From a virus, in the IMG/VR virus record IMGVR_UViG_3300027902_000001, positions 1-64,000 of that record: 64,000 nt of DNA. One strand, written 5' to 3'. This document shows positions 19,568 to 29,035 of the stretch, one piece after another (position 1 is the first letter of the stretch; every line of letters starts with the position of its first letter). The position numbers and the translations under genes are program-made. Below the pieces are notes generated by a model, which searched no databases, was not told the DNA's origin, and saw nothing but the letters and a program-made list of their open reading frames with translations.

Positions 19568-20392
19568 CTATTTTGTAGACTTGCCATGCGATAGCCATTC
19601 CGGTGATGTCAACTCATTGAAATCCAGAGTAGCCGGACCGACGAACTTTTGTGGCGGCGCGGGCTGTCCATTTCCCCCAATGTCTATCTTTCCATCACGC
19701 TGCCAACCAGCAAGCGTCTTAGAGATATATCCGATACCCAAGAATGGGCGATCCCGGTTTTGATTACAGACTCCAATGGCCCGAATTGTCGCATCTGCGC
19801 CGTACAAATCCTCTAGCTCGCCAAGTTGCTCCGCGTCCATTGGATTGATTGCGCCGCCGCGGGCCTGGTTGAAAGCCTCAAAAACGTTCTGTGTGGCGAC
19901 TTTGGCGCGGGTGGGGGAACGATTCTCCCTCTCCTTCTTCTCTGTTTCTTCTTCTCCTCTGTGTGGCGCTACAGTATCGTTATTGGAGTCACGTAACGGC
20001 GTTACTAACTCGTTGTGATCATTATCAGGTGGCGATACACGACACTCCTTGGCCCGTTTCCGGTGGGCGCTGACACGCTCAGCAACGCGTTCTGGATCAT
20101 CAGACGGCGGCTTGGCTTGACGCTTTTGCCAGTGTGTCACACTCCAGATGTCAGTCATGCCATCGAGAGTCAGGATACCAACACCTTGGAGGGCGTTCAT
20201 GTCACCTATTAGGTCTTCTGGATCGGTATGCAGCAACCAGGATAGATCGTTGATTGATGGCAGATCGCCATCTAGCCCACAATCTCCTGCGACCAAGAAT
20301 AGACTGATGCAGGTTCGATATTGACGGTCGGTCAGTCGTCCCATCTTGGGGTCGCGCAGAATTTCCGTGTAGAGTTTGATCCAGTAACTCAT
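19568..20392 (-). CDS. Phage replication initiator / replisome organiser
   Basis: WIKLYTEILRDPKM N-terminus, W.KRQ, AERV..HRKR, DnaD-like C-terminus (YISKTLAGW). Confidence 0.75.
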   Translation of the reverse strand: MSYWIKLYTEILRDPKMGRLTDRQYRTCISLFLVAGDCGLDGDLPSINDLSWLLHTDPEDLIGDMNALQGVGILTLDGMTDIWSVTHWQKRQAKPPSDDPERVAERVSAHRKRAKECRVSPPDNDHNELVTPLRDSNNDTVAPHRGEEETEKKERENRSPTRAKVATQNVFEAFNQARGGAINPMDAEQLGELEDLYGADATIRAIGVCNQNRDRPFLGIGYISKTLAGWQRDGKIDIGGNGQPAPPQKFVGPATLDFNELTSPEWLSHGKSTK

Positions 20393-20964
20393 TGCGCACC
20401 TACGGTTTTTGATATGACTGGAACTTTTTGTAGACCGAAATTGTCATACTCGAATCTGGCTTGCCGGGCGGCGATGTATGCCGCCATCAGGTCTACGTTG
20501 GTGGCGGTTGGGAAGGAACATCGCATTTCGTCCTTTGTTATCATCACAACGACGATGTTCCCGTCCAATACACGCTCTTTGAACTCTAATCCATGCAGAG
20601 GCATCGGAGCGTCTTTGCTAAGCGCGCAAACCTTTACTATCTCGTATTCACTTGGCCACGGATCACCGATGAAGGCCAACAGGCTGGATTCTGTTTCTAT
20701 CACAACCTGTCTCCACAGGCCCCAATTGTCGATGGCTGATGTGCCGGCGGGTTTGATCTCAGCCCAAAACCCACCTCCCTTCCTAGCCCATTCGTCTTTT
20801 GAGTGCGCCAGCCAGAAGTCAGGCAGGTACCAACCTTTGCTTGTGTCGATACCCTCGGTCTCGTATTGATAGCGAATCCCCAGGGAGTCGAAAAACACTG
20901 CCCACCGCGCTTCGAGTCTCGACCTGAACCTGTAGCCGTTATAGACCGTCTCGATGGCTTTCAT
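20389..20964 (-). CDS. PD-(D/E)xK-like nuclease
   Basis: IETVYNGYRFRSRLEARWAVFFD, YLPDFWL, EIKP. Confidence 0.75.
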   Translation of the reverse strand: MKAIETVYNGYRFRSRLEARWAVFFDSLGIRYQYETEGIDTSKGWYLPDFWLAHSKDEWARKGGGFWAEIKPAGTSAIDNWGLWRQVVIETESSLLAFIGDPWPSEYEIVKVCALSKDAPMPLHGLEFKERVLDGNIVVVMITKDEMRCSFPTATNVDLMAAYIAARQARFEYDNFGLQKVPVISKTVGAQ

Positions 20965-21139
20965 TCGGTGCTCCTTCGGCGGCGAGCAGTCTATCGACTT
21001 CCGAGCGTGGAATCCTGCGCCGGCCCCCTGGCGTGCGGACAACGCGAATTGTTCCGCTCTTGTCCGCGCGCCGGAGGGTGCTCGGATGAATCTGCAATAG
21101 ACGGCAAGCCTCGGTTACTGTGAGTAGCTGTTCATTCAC
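20939..21139 (-). CDS. MerR/excisionase-like HTH DNA-binding protein
   Basis: LLTVTEACRLLQIHPSTLRR..RTPGGRRRI; GTG 6 nt after a -10 box, probably leaderless. Confidence 0.75.
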   Translation of the reverse strand: MNEQLLTVTEACRLLQIHPSTLRRADKSGTIRVVRTPGGRRRIPRSEVDRLLAAEGAPNESHRDGL

Positions 21140-21145
21140 TGTCAT

Positions 21146-21174
21146 AGTATAGCATACCTTTCGAGACGTGTCAA
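21146..21174 (-). promoter_or_regulatory. Sigma70-type promoter
   Basis: TTGACA-N17-TATACT with extended TG. Confidence 0.75.
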
Positions 21175-21383
21175 ATCTCGCCTTGGCGCTTGCGCGGCGC
21201 GTTCACGTCAGGCGGCACAGTCCGTAGCCCGGTGCGCAGGTCGCGCAACTCCCACGACCGCTGCTTGCGCGCCAGGCGGCAGATGATCTGGACGCGCTGC
21301 TCGTAGGGCATGGTGTTCCAGCGCGCCAGCATATCGGCGACGAACTGGTCGATCAGGGCGCTCTTGGTGGTGGTAGCGGTCAT
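21171..21383 (-). CDS. Hypothetical protein
   Basis: ORF with GGAG RBS. Confidence 0.4.
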   Translation of the reverse strand: MTATTTKSALIDQFVADMLARWNTMPYEQRVQIICRLARKQRSWELRDLRTGLRTVPPDVNAPRKRQGEI

Positions 21384-21470
21384 GGCATGCTCCCGCCCGC
21401 GAAGACGAGAAAGATGATGGCCAGCACTGCCAGCCACAGCAGAAACAGAATACCGATGACGTTACCTGAA

Positions 21471-21686
21471 TCATCGTTGTCCATGTGGTTCCTCCTGAGC
21501 GGACTCAACCCGGCCAGTTGTCGCCGTCATAGCCTCCAGCACCGGCAGGCCGACTTCGATGGCCGAGCGCAGCGCCTGGCTGAGATTGCCGCTGTAGCGC
21601 GTGCGGGCGATGTCGCGCGCCTTGCGTAGCACGTGTTCCTCCAGGCGGACATTGATGGGCCAATTCGTGCGGGCGATGTAGGTCAT
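21471..21686 (-). CDS. Ribbon-helix-helix-like DNA-binding protein
   Basis: INVRLEEHVLRKARDIA....NLSQALRSAI. Confidence 0.55.
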   Translation of the reverse strand: MTYIARTNWPINVRLEEHVLRKARDIARTRYSGNLSQALRSAIEVGLPVLEAMTATTGRVESAQEEPHGQR

Positions 21687-21973
21687 GGTTGCTCCTTGTG
21701 CTGCTCCAGCGAGAATGACCCCCATTGCAGGTGGGGATGAAAAACGGCGGCGACTAGCACTTCGTCAGGGTTGTTCATGTCTACCGGCGCGCCGAAGATG
21801 TTCATGGGCGCGTCCTTCAAGACAGCGCGAATCATGGCGGCGTAGTGCAGAATGGTCAGCGTGCGCGCCGGTATCAGACCATCTTGCGTGCGCGTCGAGT
21901 TGGCTTTGTAAGTTGGTTTCGGCTCGCTCATCGGCGGCTCTCCTTGCTTGGGCCAGTAGGCTCCGTAGGGCAT
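21683..21973 (-). CDS. Hypothetical protein
   Basis: AAGGAGG RBS with CATAC motif. Confidence 0.45.
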   Translation of the reverse strand: MPYGAYWPKQGEPPMSEPKPTYKANSTRTQDGLIPARTLTILHYAAMIRAVLKDAPMNIFGAPVDMNNPDEVLVAAVFHPHLQWGSFSLEQHKEQP

Positions 21974-21994
21974 GGGTCCTCCTTGGGGCGTATG

Positions 21995-22360
21995 GATAAT
22001 GCTACGATGCCGGCCTGACGGCTCTGATGCCGCACTCGCAGATGTTGGTCATCTGCCGGGTAACGCCCTCGCGCGCGCTGGCGCTGTCCCAGGCCGGGAC
22101 GTGCTCCCCGTGTCTGCGCTTCAAATCGCCTATCAGCGTGTAACGTCCGCTGTTGCCGGACGCCCAGGTGGGCGTCTAGGTGGGTCTAAGCCGACTCGGA
22201 CGGCTTAACTCTGCGCAGGCGACCCTACGCCGTGCTTGTCCGTATACACCACGACCCATGTTGCGCGGCGAGCTTAGTGCGTCCCGCGACCGCTGTTGTG
22301 ATCTAACTTGCCCCCCACAGAGCATGGTACGGTCTTGGTATGTAGCACTCGTCGCGCAAG
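21995..22360 (-). ncRNA. Candidate large structured non-coding RNA 3' of tRNA-Glu
   Basis: At least 8 helices including nested multiloops; no convincing ORF. Confidence 0.5.
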
Positions 22361-22432
22361 CAGCAGATGCGGGACTCGAACCCGCGTCGTAGCCTTGAAA
22401 GGGCCACATCCTAACCGCTAGAAGAATCTGCC
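22361..22432 (-). tRNA. tRNA-Glu (anticodon TTC), CCA not encoded
   Basis: GGCAGAT/ATCTGCT acceptor stem, D loop TAGCGGTTAGGA, TGGCC-CTTTCAA-GGCTA anticodon arm, GCGGG-TTCGAGT-CCCGC T arm. Confidence 0.92.
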
Positions 22433-22583
22433 GTGTTCGCCAGTCTTGTCAGGCGGGGCGCTCGTACCCCCACGGACGCCCCGCCCGGTACGCGATTTCT
22501 TCAGTGACCTGATGGCATGTGCTAAATTGACCTCCTTTCGGCTGCGCCGCCGCCCATGCCGGCGCGCGGAGCGGCAACTTAGG

Positions 22584-23733
22584 TTAGCGCACGACTTCGA
22601 CGCGTTCCCGCTCGGCGCGTGCCGCCATGCCAAACAGACTGCGGGGATCGACCAGCAACCCACCCGCCAGGGCCTCCATCTCCACGGCGGCCAGCGGCTC
22701 CTCCCGCTGCGCGGCCCAGGTGATACCGTTGACGACGCCCAGCACGGTCGCTTCGCCGTGCGTGCCGGCGCTGACCGCCAATTTGGTGTCCTCCGGCCAG
22801 CCGTTTTCCTTGGCCAGCGCGGCCAGCACGTCGTTGAAGTTGGGCAGCGCGGCGGTCTCGGCTTCGACCACCTTGGCCAGAAAACCGGCCCCGGCCTTGA
22901 GCGCCGTGCCGATGGCCTCTTTGGCGTAGAGCTTGATGCGCCCCAGGTCGCCGCGGTGCACCAGCGAGATGCCGATGAAGTCGCCCTGCTGGTCGCCTTC
23001 CTCGTCGTAGCCGAACTCCTGGAAGACGCCCTGACCGGTCTTGGTTTTCAAGTTGCGGAAGATGATGCTGTTGCTACAGCCGGTCTGTTGCAGCAACGGC
23101 CAGACCTTGATGCGTCCGCTGCCGATCTCGTCGTTGGCGACGAACACGCCGACGCCCCAGTGGCCGCCGCGGCCGTCGTCGCGCCCGGTGTCCTTGTACA
23201 TCGTGCGCAGCACCAGATGATCCGGGCTGACATAGGGTCGCGCTAGGCGCAGATCGGGCGGCCGCGACTCTTGCAGTAGATCGTAGATCGTGTCCAGTAG
23301 GTCGCTGTTGGGCAGGCAGGGGTACTTCTCGTCCAGCACCGCGCGGCCTTGCTCGCCGTAGCAGCGCACCAGCCAGCGTTTGTTGTGCGCCTGCTTGGCA
23401 TGGAAACCGAGCAGAGTGGCACGCACCGGGCCGGGGAAGCCGGCCAGGTAGTCGAAGGGCAAGCTCTTGGTCGAGCCGGCGCCGAAGTGACCGGGGCCGA
23501 ACTTCTTGTAAAGCTGTTGGGTGGCGTGATCGGACAGCGCCACCGGCAGTATGTTGGGAATGGTGAGCTTGCAGTCGGCGTCGAAGGCCAGATCGCCGCC
23601 CGCGAACACGTGATCGTGTTTCTGCGCGTCGAACGCCAGTGACGCGTCGCGCAGCGCGGCCAGTTCCTGCATGGGGTCGCCATGCGACTGTGGGTCGTGG
23701 CCTACCGCGGCGGAAAAGATTGATTGGTTCATG
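22584..23733 (-). CDS. DUF932-like phage protein
   Basis: RAVLDEKY, NDEIGSG, CSN, C-terminal VVNGITWAAQ. Confidence 0.6.
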
Positions 23734-23757
23734 TAACCTCCTGGGTGAGTATGGGCA

Positions 23758-25146
23758 TCAGAACAGTTCCGGCTGTTCTTCGGTCGCCGAGCCAGGCTCC
23801 TCCTGGTTGGCCAGCGCCGCGGCGCGCGCCTTGAGCACGGCGGCGATGCGGTCATAATCCTGGAGCGCGTCCTGGAGTTGGAACTGGATTTGCTTGGTTT
23901 TGAGCTGGCGGGTCGGGCGCAGCCAATCGAACAGGGCGCGATAGACGCCTTCAGTTGCCGTGCTTTCCGACCAGGCCCAGGCGGCGAAGGCCAGGCGCAG
24001 GCTCTCGTCGGATTCCAGGGCGGTCAGCATCTCCTCGATCTTGGCCTGCATTTCAGCCGTAGCCGGCGTGTTTAGATGACCGAACTGATTGAGCTTCAGG
24101 CGGATCGGCTCGATAGCGGCTAGGTCGGCGGGTAATGGCTCATCGGTTGATTCTGGCGCCGGCTCCGCCGCGGCTGGCTCCTGGTGATCGAAGTCGATGC
24201 CCTCATTGGCGGCGCGTCGGCGCGTGTCCTGGTCTTCGGCGTAGCCCTCGGCCGCGGCGGCCTTGACTGTGGGCGTCAGGGTCTGGGCCTGACGTTCGGC
24301 GCTTTCCAGCAGCGTGCGCAGGCGCTCGGTGGGCAGGCTTTCCAGGGTGTCGATGTCGCCCGGCAGCGCATCCTGGCCGACGCGATCCAGAAAATCCTCG
24401 ATGAACTCGACGTTGCTCTGCGGCATACCGGGGATGTGGCGGTCGGCGTCCTTCTTGGCCCGGTTGCGCGCCTTGCGGCCCCAGGTGTAGCCGCCGCTGA
24501 GTTCGACCTTGATCGGGGCAGGCAACTTGACCTTGCGCCGATTGTCGCCCCACCCTTCCCACTTCTCGTCAGTCCACTTGTCCTTGTTTTTGACGATACC
24601 GAAGCCCAGGATCGGATGGTAGGTCTGGTGCAGCAACTCCATCTTGGCCTTCACTTCGACCTGGGTGGCGATGCAGACGATGCCGCTGTCGCCCTCCTCG
24701 ATGTCCATCTCGTCCTTCTCGTCGGCTGTCATGGGGCGGTAGTCGTAGTCCACGGTGCCGACGCCGCGCCGTTGTGACTGCTTGGCGACCCCCTGGTAGC
24801 TCGGCACGATGCCCATCGTCTTGTCCAGGAAGAAGTCGCGATCCAGGCGCTCATCGGGGTTGGCCAGTTCGTAGAAGTAGCAGCCGATGGCCAGCGCCAG
24901 CGGCACCTCTTTACCCTTGGGGCGGGAGGCCAGGATGGCGAACACGCGCTTAGCCATGTCTTCGTCGCTGGCGACCAGGGTGGCGAACTTGTTCTGGTCG
25001 GTGACCTCGGTAATACCGATCTTGGTGAAATCCGTCGCCTTCATGGTGCGCAAGTCGGCGGCGGTCGGCGCGGGCAGCACTTCGCCCTGCGTGGCCAGCG
25101 CACGCGTCGGCGCGGCTGGCGCAGTGGGTGGGGTAGGTTGGTTCAT
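23758..25146 (-). CDS. Putative single-strand annealing recombinase (RecT/Bet-like)
   Basis: IVPSYQG and KARNRAKKDADR resemble RecT/Bet core motifs; acidic tail ending PELF. Confidence 0.4.
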   Translation of the reverse strand: MNQPTPPTAPAAPTRALATQGEVLPAPTAADLRTMKATDFTKIGITEVTDQNKFATLVASDEDMAKRVFAILASRPKGKEVPLALAIGCYFYELANPDERLDRDFFLDKTMGIVPSYQGVAKQSQRRGVGTVDYDYRPMTADEKDEMDIEEGDSGIVCIATQVEVKAKMELLHQTYHPILGFGIVKNKDKWTDEKWEGWGDNRRKVKLPAPIKVELSGGYTWGRKARNRAKKDADRHIPGMPQSNVEFIEDFLDRVGQDALPGDIDTLESLPTERLRTLLESAERQAQTLTPTVKAAAAEGYAEDQDTRRRAANEGIDFDHQEPAAAEPAPESTDEPLPADLAAIEPIRLKLNQFGHLNTPATAEMQAKIEEMLTALESDESLRLAFAAWAWSESTATEGVYRALFDWLRPTRQLKTKQIQFQLQDALQDYDRIAAVLKARAAALANQEEPGSATEEQPELF

Positions 25147-25153
25147 AATCCTC

Positions 25154-25561
25154 CTATACTAGTTCCTCGAAGCCGCTGGCCTGTTCCTCAGCGGTCAGGA
25201 CAATTTCTTCTTCCCAGTCGCACGCCCTGCAACTGACCTTCACCGTGACCTCGCCGCCGTAGAAGGTCTTCATGTAGCGGTAGCTCTTGATGGGTTTGCC
25301 GTAGCGATCTTTGGATTCAAGCCGACTGGCGCCTTCCTCGCTGACGGTCTCAACTTCCAGGTCGTGCTCGCAACCTGCCAGGCGTTCAAAGTCGGCCTCG
25401 GCGCTCAGGTTGGCCTCTTTGAGTTCACCGCCGCATTCGTCGCAGCGCAGGACAACGCGCATTTCCACGCTAACGGTGTCGTCGGCGATCTCAGGGGTCT
25501 CGGCTTCGACGGTCGGCGGGTCTTCGTAACTCACAAACTTCTGACAATCTGGACAGCGCAT
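25154..25561 (-). CDS. Zinc-binding hypothetical protein
   Basis: CPDC, CDEC and CRAC motifs; AGGAGG RBS. Confidence 0.6.
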   Translation of the reverse strand: MRCPDCQKFVSYEDPPTVEAETPEIADDTVSVEMRVVLRCDECGGELKEANLSAEADFERLAGCEHDLEVETVSEEGASRLESKDRYGKPIKSYRYMKTFYGGEVTVKVSCRACDWEEEIVLTAEEQASGFEELV

Positions 25562-25694
25562 AGAACCTCCTGGGATGAATTTGGCTCGCCGCGGTGGGGT
25601 GAGGCATTGCTGACCCGGAGGCGCAACGCCACCTGGATGTACCCAGTTGCTCCCCCACCGCGACGCGTATGCCTGTGTGTCAGGCACAGATGCT

Positions 25695-25723
25695 ATTGTA
25701 GCACAACACGCTACAAATGTCAA
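25695..25723 (-). promoter_or_regulatory. Sigma70-type promoter with overlapping palindromic operator
   Basis: TTGACA-N17-TACAAT; TTGTAGC-N7-GCTACAA inverted repeat inside it. Confidence 0.8.
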
Positions 25724-25757
25724 ATTGACGTATGCCGCCTTACAGCGCCGGGTGTCA

Positions 25758-26330
25758 TCAGCCGCCGCGCTCGCCGTGATAGGCTTCGCGGAGCGTCTTG
25801 ACCAACTTGCCCTTGACCCAACGCTTCTGGTCCTGGTATCCCATGCCGCGCTCGTAGCCGTCCAGAGTGAACTTCAGGCCCGGCCAGCGTGCGGCACAGG
25901 CGGCGATCACCGACGACGGCGGCGACCAGGCCGTCTCGAAGTGGACGACCAGAGTGTCTGGCTTGGGCTGCTCGTACTTGGTATCGCTGGCGTTCCACTT
26001 GGTATCCCAATGCTTGATGTGCCAGTCGTACCAGTTATCTGCGCCGTACGCGGCGATCCATTGCGCGCGCACGTCGGCGGGCACCGGGCCGCCACGCCCG
26101 AACTTGTCGGCAGAATCGGTCGGTGGGTAGTACGGCACGTCGCCGACGACGATATCGCGCAGCACATCCGGGCAGGGCAGGATAGCGTTGAAGTCGAATA
26201 CGAGTTGCGCATCGGCGTCTTTGTTGCGTGGATAGACTTCCTTAGCAGGTCGCAGCATCACGGTCATGAAGTCTGCGACGAGTTCCGATTGACCGACGAC
26301 CTTCAGGTCGCAACTGCACCAGTTAGGCAT
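25758..26330 (-). CDS. DUF1281/YubB-like ferredoxin-fold phage protein
   Basis: MPNWC, NWYDW...WDTKWNA, FETAWSPP. Confidence 0.75.
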   Translation of the reverse strand: MPNWCSCDLKVVGQSELVADFMTVMLRPAKEVYPRNKDADAQLVFDFNAILPCPDVLRDIVVGDVPYYPPTDSADKFGRGGPVPADVRAQWIAAYGADNWYDWHIKHWDTKWNASDTKYEQPKPDTLVVHFETAWSPPSSVIAACAARWPGLKFTLDGYERGMGYQDQKRWVKGKLVKTLREAYHGERGG

Positions 26331-26931
26331 CTTGATCCTCCGTTTCTTCCGGTTCTTCGTATACTGCCCGCCAGGCGTCGAAGGCGGTAAAGACACCGGC
26401 ATCCAGCGGCAGCGTGGCGATGCACGTGCAGGGATAGTAAACTGGCCCACCCTCGTAGCAGGGTTTTCCGTCCTGGCCGTAGCGATTGGTGGGGTCGGAT
26501 TCTTCTTGGAAGCCCCGCCACACTTCCAGGATCGAGTCGTCCAGGTTGGCGACGTAACCCCATTCGCAGAACAGCGAGTCACGGATGAAGTAGTTAGCGT
26601 CCAGGAGGATGCCGGTCGCCAGCATGGCTCCCATGTCACCTTGGGCTTTTCTGAGCAAGCAGTACCAGTTGTCGATGCGCCGATTATCCACGCTCAGGTC
26701 GGCATACTGGCGGCACTTGGCGATGTCCTCTGGCGTGGGCGTGCTGTCTTCGCTCACGGCGCGCAGCGCGCGCACCTGTGATCTCAGTTCGTCCGTGGTG
26801 TTGTCTGCCAACAGTTCGGCCAACTGCGCGGCGATCTCCGTCCCCAAGCCGGGCGGATAGCTATCGAAGTGATTGTAGGCCAGATAGTCATGGCCGTCCA
26901 ACCGCCAGCCGTAAGTACCTCTAGTACCCAT
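26323..26931 (-). CDS. Conserved phage protein (MGTRG family)
   Basis: MGTRG..YNHFDSYP.GLG, SLFCEWGY. Confidence 0.65.
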   Translation of the reverse strand: MGTRGTYGWRLDGHDYLAYNHFDSYPPGLGTEIAAQLAELLADNTTDELRSQVRALRAVSEDSTPTPEDIAKCRQYADLSVDNRRIDNWYCLLRKAQGDMGAMLATGILLDANYFIRDSLFCEWGYVANLDDSILEVWRGFQEESDPTNRYGQDGKPCYEGGPVYYPCTCIATLPLDAGVFTAFDAWRAVYEEPEETEDQDA

Positions 26932-27229
26932 GTTGATCCTCCTGAGCGGCGGCGGCCGCGGCGACGTATTGCGCCGCATCGTCCAGCAGGGCGCGCGCGG
27001 CCTGAGCCGCAGCGGGCCGCCCGCACGTGTCCATGTAGTCAGCCTGGCCGCGCACCTGCTCCGCGGTCAGGCGACCGGTGATGTTGCCCGGTCGGACGGT
27101 GTAGCGCGTACCGTAGCCGGTGACGAAGTTGTACTGGCCGGGCAGATAGTTCGGCCCGGTGCAGACGGCGGGACCCAGCGCGGTCAGCCAGACCAGGTCG
27201 CCGGGCGCGAAGGTCTCGTCTTGGTTCAT
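26921..27229 (-). CDS. Hypothetical protein
   Basis: Coupled ORF with RBS. Confidence 0.5.
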   Translation of the reverse strand: MNQDETFAPGDLVWLTALGPAVCTGPNYLPGQYNFVTGYGTRYTVRPGNITGRLTAEQVRGQADYMDTCGRPAAAQAARALLDDAAQYVAAAAAAQEDQHGY

Positions 27230-27471
27230 GGTGCGTCTCCGTAGTGCTTGGGGTGATCCGACCAGTGGCGGTCGTAGGGCGTCGGCGCGTCCGGGTCATC
27301 TTTGAGCAGGTCTTGCAGGCGCGCGTAGGCGCGGCTGTCGATCACGTCGCCTTGGTACAGCGCCTTGAGCAGGTCGCGCAGGGCGGCTTCGAGCCGCGCG
27401 ACTTGCTGGCCGATCTCCAGGAGTTCGTCGGCCAGCTTTTCTTTGGTGGTTTCGTCGTAGCATTGGGTCAT
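27226..27471 (-). CDS. Hypothetical protein
   Basis: Coupled ORF, GGAGG RBS. Confidence 0.5.
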   Translation of the reverse strand: MTQCYDETTKEKLADELLEIGQQVARLEAALRDLLKALYQGDVIDSRAYARLQDLLKDDPDAPTPYDRHWSDHPKHYGDAP

Positions 27472-27902
27472 AGCGCAGCCTCCATAGTGGCAAAGACCGA
27501 CTCGTAGCGGGGCCGGTACAAGTCGGTCGAGTCCGCGATCAAGTTCGGGTCGGCGGTGTTCAGGAAACGTAGGTGTTCTAGCCACAGCAGTTCCCGTTGT
27601 GCATCCAACAGCAGGAACGCCAGGTGGCGCAGTTGTGGTTCGGCGGCGAGGCGGGCGCGGGCAGCCTCCTCAGCCAGCCGCGCGCCGCGCCGGTAGAGTT
27701 CGTCCAGCATGAACTGGACAGCATCGTCGTAGTGCCGGTGATACCAGGCCGGCAACTTCCCCTGGGCGTATGCTTGATGCTCCCACGCGTCCACCGCGGC
27801 GTCGGCCCAGGCCAGGATGTCGTAATCCTCATCGCTCAGCGGGACTTGGGCCGCGTGCGTGGCTTGTGCGCGCAGCCAATTCTCTTGTTCGTCGGTCAAC
27901 AT
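27468..27902 (-). CDS. Hypothetical protein
   Basis: AGGAG RBS; start MLTDEQ. Confidence 0.5.
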   Translation of the reverse strand: MLTDEQENWLRAQATHAAQVPLSDEDYDILAWADAAVDAWEHQAYAQGKLPAWYHRHYDDAVQFMLDELYRRGARLAEEAARARLAAEPQLRHLAFLLLDAQRELLWLEHLRFLNTADPNLIADSTDLYRPRYESVFATMEAAL

Positions 27903-27910
27903 GGCATCTC

Positions 27911-28132
27911 CTATGCGGACTGCGGCGCGTCCCAACCGATCTGCTTGCTGGTCGCGCTGTGTGCGGCGGCGCCGATCTCCGCACGCTTCTCCTTCATTTT
28001 GGCGGCAAAGTAATCGCCGGTGAAGCCTTGGAACCAACGCGAGCCGACTGGCTCGAAGCGCCAAAGATAGAGCATGTGGTCGTAGCTCATCTGGTCGATA
28101 AGTCGGCATAGTTGTTCTTCTTCAGTTGTCAT
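27911..28132 (-). CDS. Hypothetical phage protein
   Basis: IDQMSY..ML.LWRF..SKQIGW; AGGAGG RBS. Confidence 0.6.
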   Translation of the reverse strand: MTTEEEQLCRLIDQMSYDHMLYLWRFEPVGSRWFQGFTGDYFAAKMKEKRAEIGAAAHSATSKQIGWDAPQSA

Positions 28133-28140
28133 GGAACCTC

Positions 28141-28362
28141 CTAGTAGCCCAGGTGGTACACGTGGCCGGTGGGTGCGTAGGACGTATGGGGATACTCGCC
28201 TACGCCGACGATCTCGGCCAGGGTGATCTTGGTGCGCGTCAGTTCTGTGACGCGCACCAGTCCGCCGATGCTGCTGCCGCCGTCGCTGTAACCTTCGTGC
28301 AGCAGCAGGATGTCGCCGACGCGCAGCGTGCGCGTCTTGACGGGTGGTTGTGGTTTGGGCAT
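28141..28362 (-). CDS. Hypothetical protein
   Basis: ORF in the early array with RBS. Confidence 0.45.
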   Translation of the reverse strand: MPKPQPPVKTRTLRVGDILLLHEGYSDGGSSIGGLVRVTELTRTKITLAEIVGVGEYPHTSYAPTGHVYHLGY

Positions 28363-28522
28363 GTTATCCCCCTAGTGGTGGTTTGCGAGCGCCATCAGCA
28401 CGATGGCGGCCACGACGATGCCGACGCCGGCCAGCGACCAGAGGACGTACTGGCCGCAGGTCGCGCCTTGCGGCGCGGCGGGTGTGTGTCGATAGCGTGG
28501 TGGGTTGTGGCGCAGGGTGCGT

Positions 28523-28885
28523 CTACGCATGGTCGGCTCCGTCTGTGGGCGTCAGTTCGGCCAGGATCGCACTGTAGCGACCGGGCGTCAGTTCGGTTTG
28601 GGCCAGGGCCCGATAGGCTTGGCGCTCAAAGTAGCGCAGGATGTCAGCGTGGATCGTGTCGTCCAGCGCGGCGTGAGAGAATTCCAACAGGCTCTCCAAC
28701 TCCTTGATGACCGCGCGATAGCCGGCCGGCTCCAGCCCGGCGCAGCCATTGACGCATGCCATCGCGCGGTCGTAGTCGTCTAGTTCCAGCGTCACCGGTC
28801 CGAGCATCCGGCCCCTGCGGTCGCGCTGGACCCGGTGGGTATCGTGCTGCCAGATGTGTTTCCAGGGTTCAGGACTCCAGGTCAT
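28523..28885 (-). CDS. Hypothetical protein
   Basis: WSPEPW..RAMACVNGCAG motif; GGAGG RBS. Confidence 0.55.
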   Translation of the reverse strand: MTWSPEPWKHIWQHDTHRVQRDRRGRMLGPVTLELDDYDRAMACVNGCAGLEPAGYRAVIKELESLLEFSHAALDDTIHADILRYFERQAYRALAQTELTPGRYSAILAELTPTDGADHA

Positions 28886-29035
28886 GGTGATCCCTCCGGT
28901 TGAGATAGTTGACGGCTATAACACACGCACCCGCGCCGAGCACCAAGGGGACGGCCACCGCCAGGTGGTTCACGCCGGTGGCCAGGCCGAGCAGAAACAC
29001 GGCGATCACGTAGAGCCAGTCGTGGTTGTGCATGG

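Noticed and set aside
20939-21145. IS607 transposase
   Set aside because: Only the MerR-like HTH is present; no serine recombinase domain or TnpB
22290-22360. Theta/HDV-like ribozyme at the tRNA 3' end
   Set aside because: Could not build the nested double pseudoknot by eye; the segment fits a long-range helix instead
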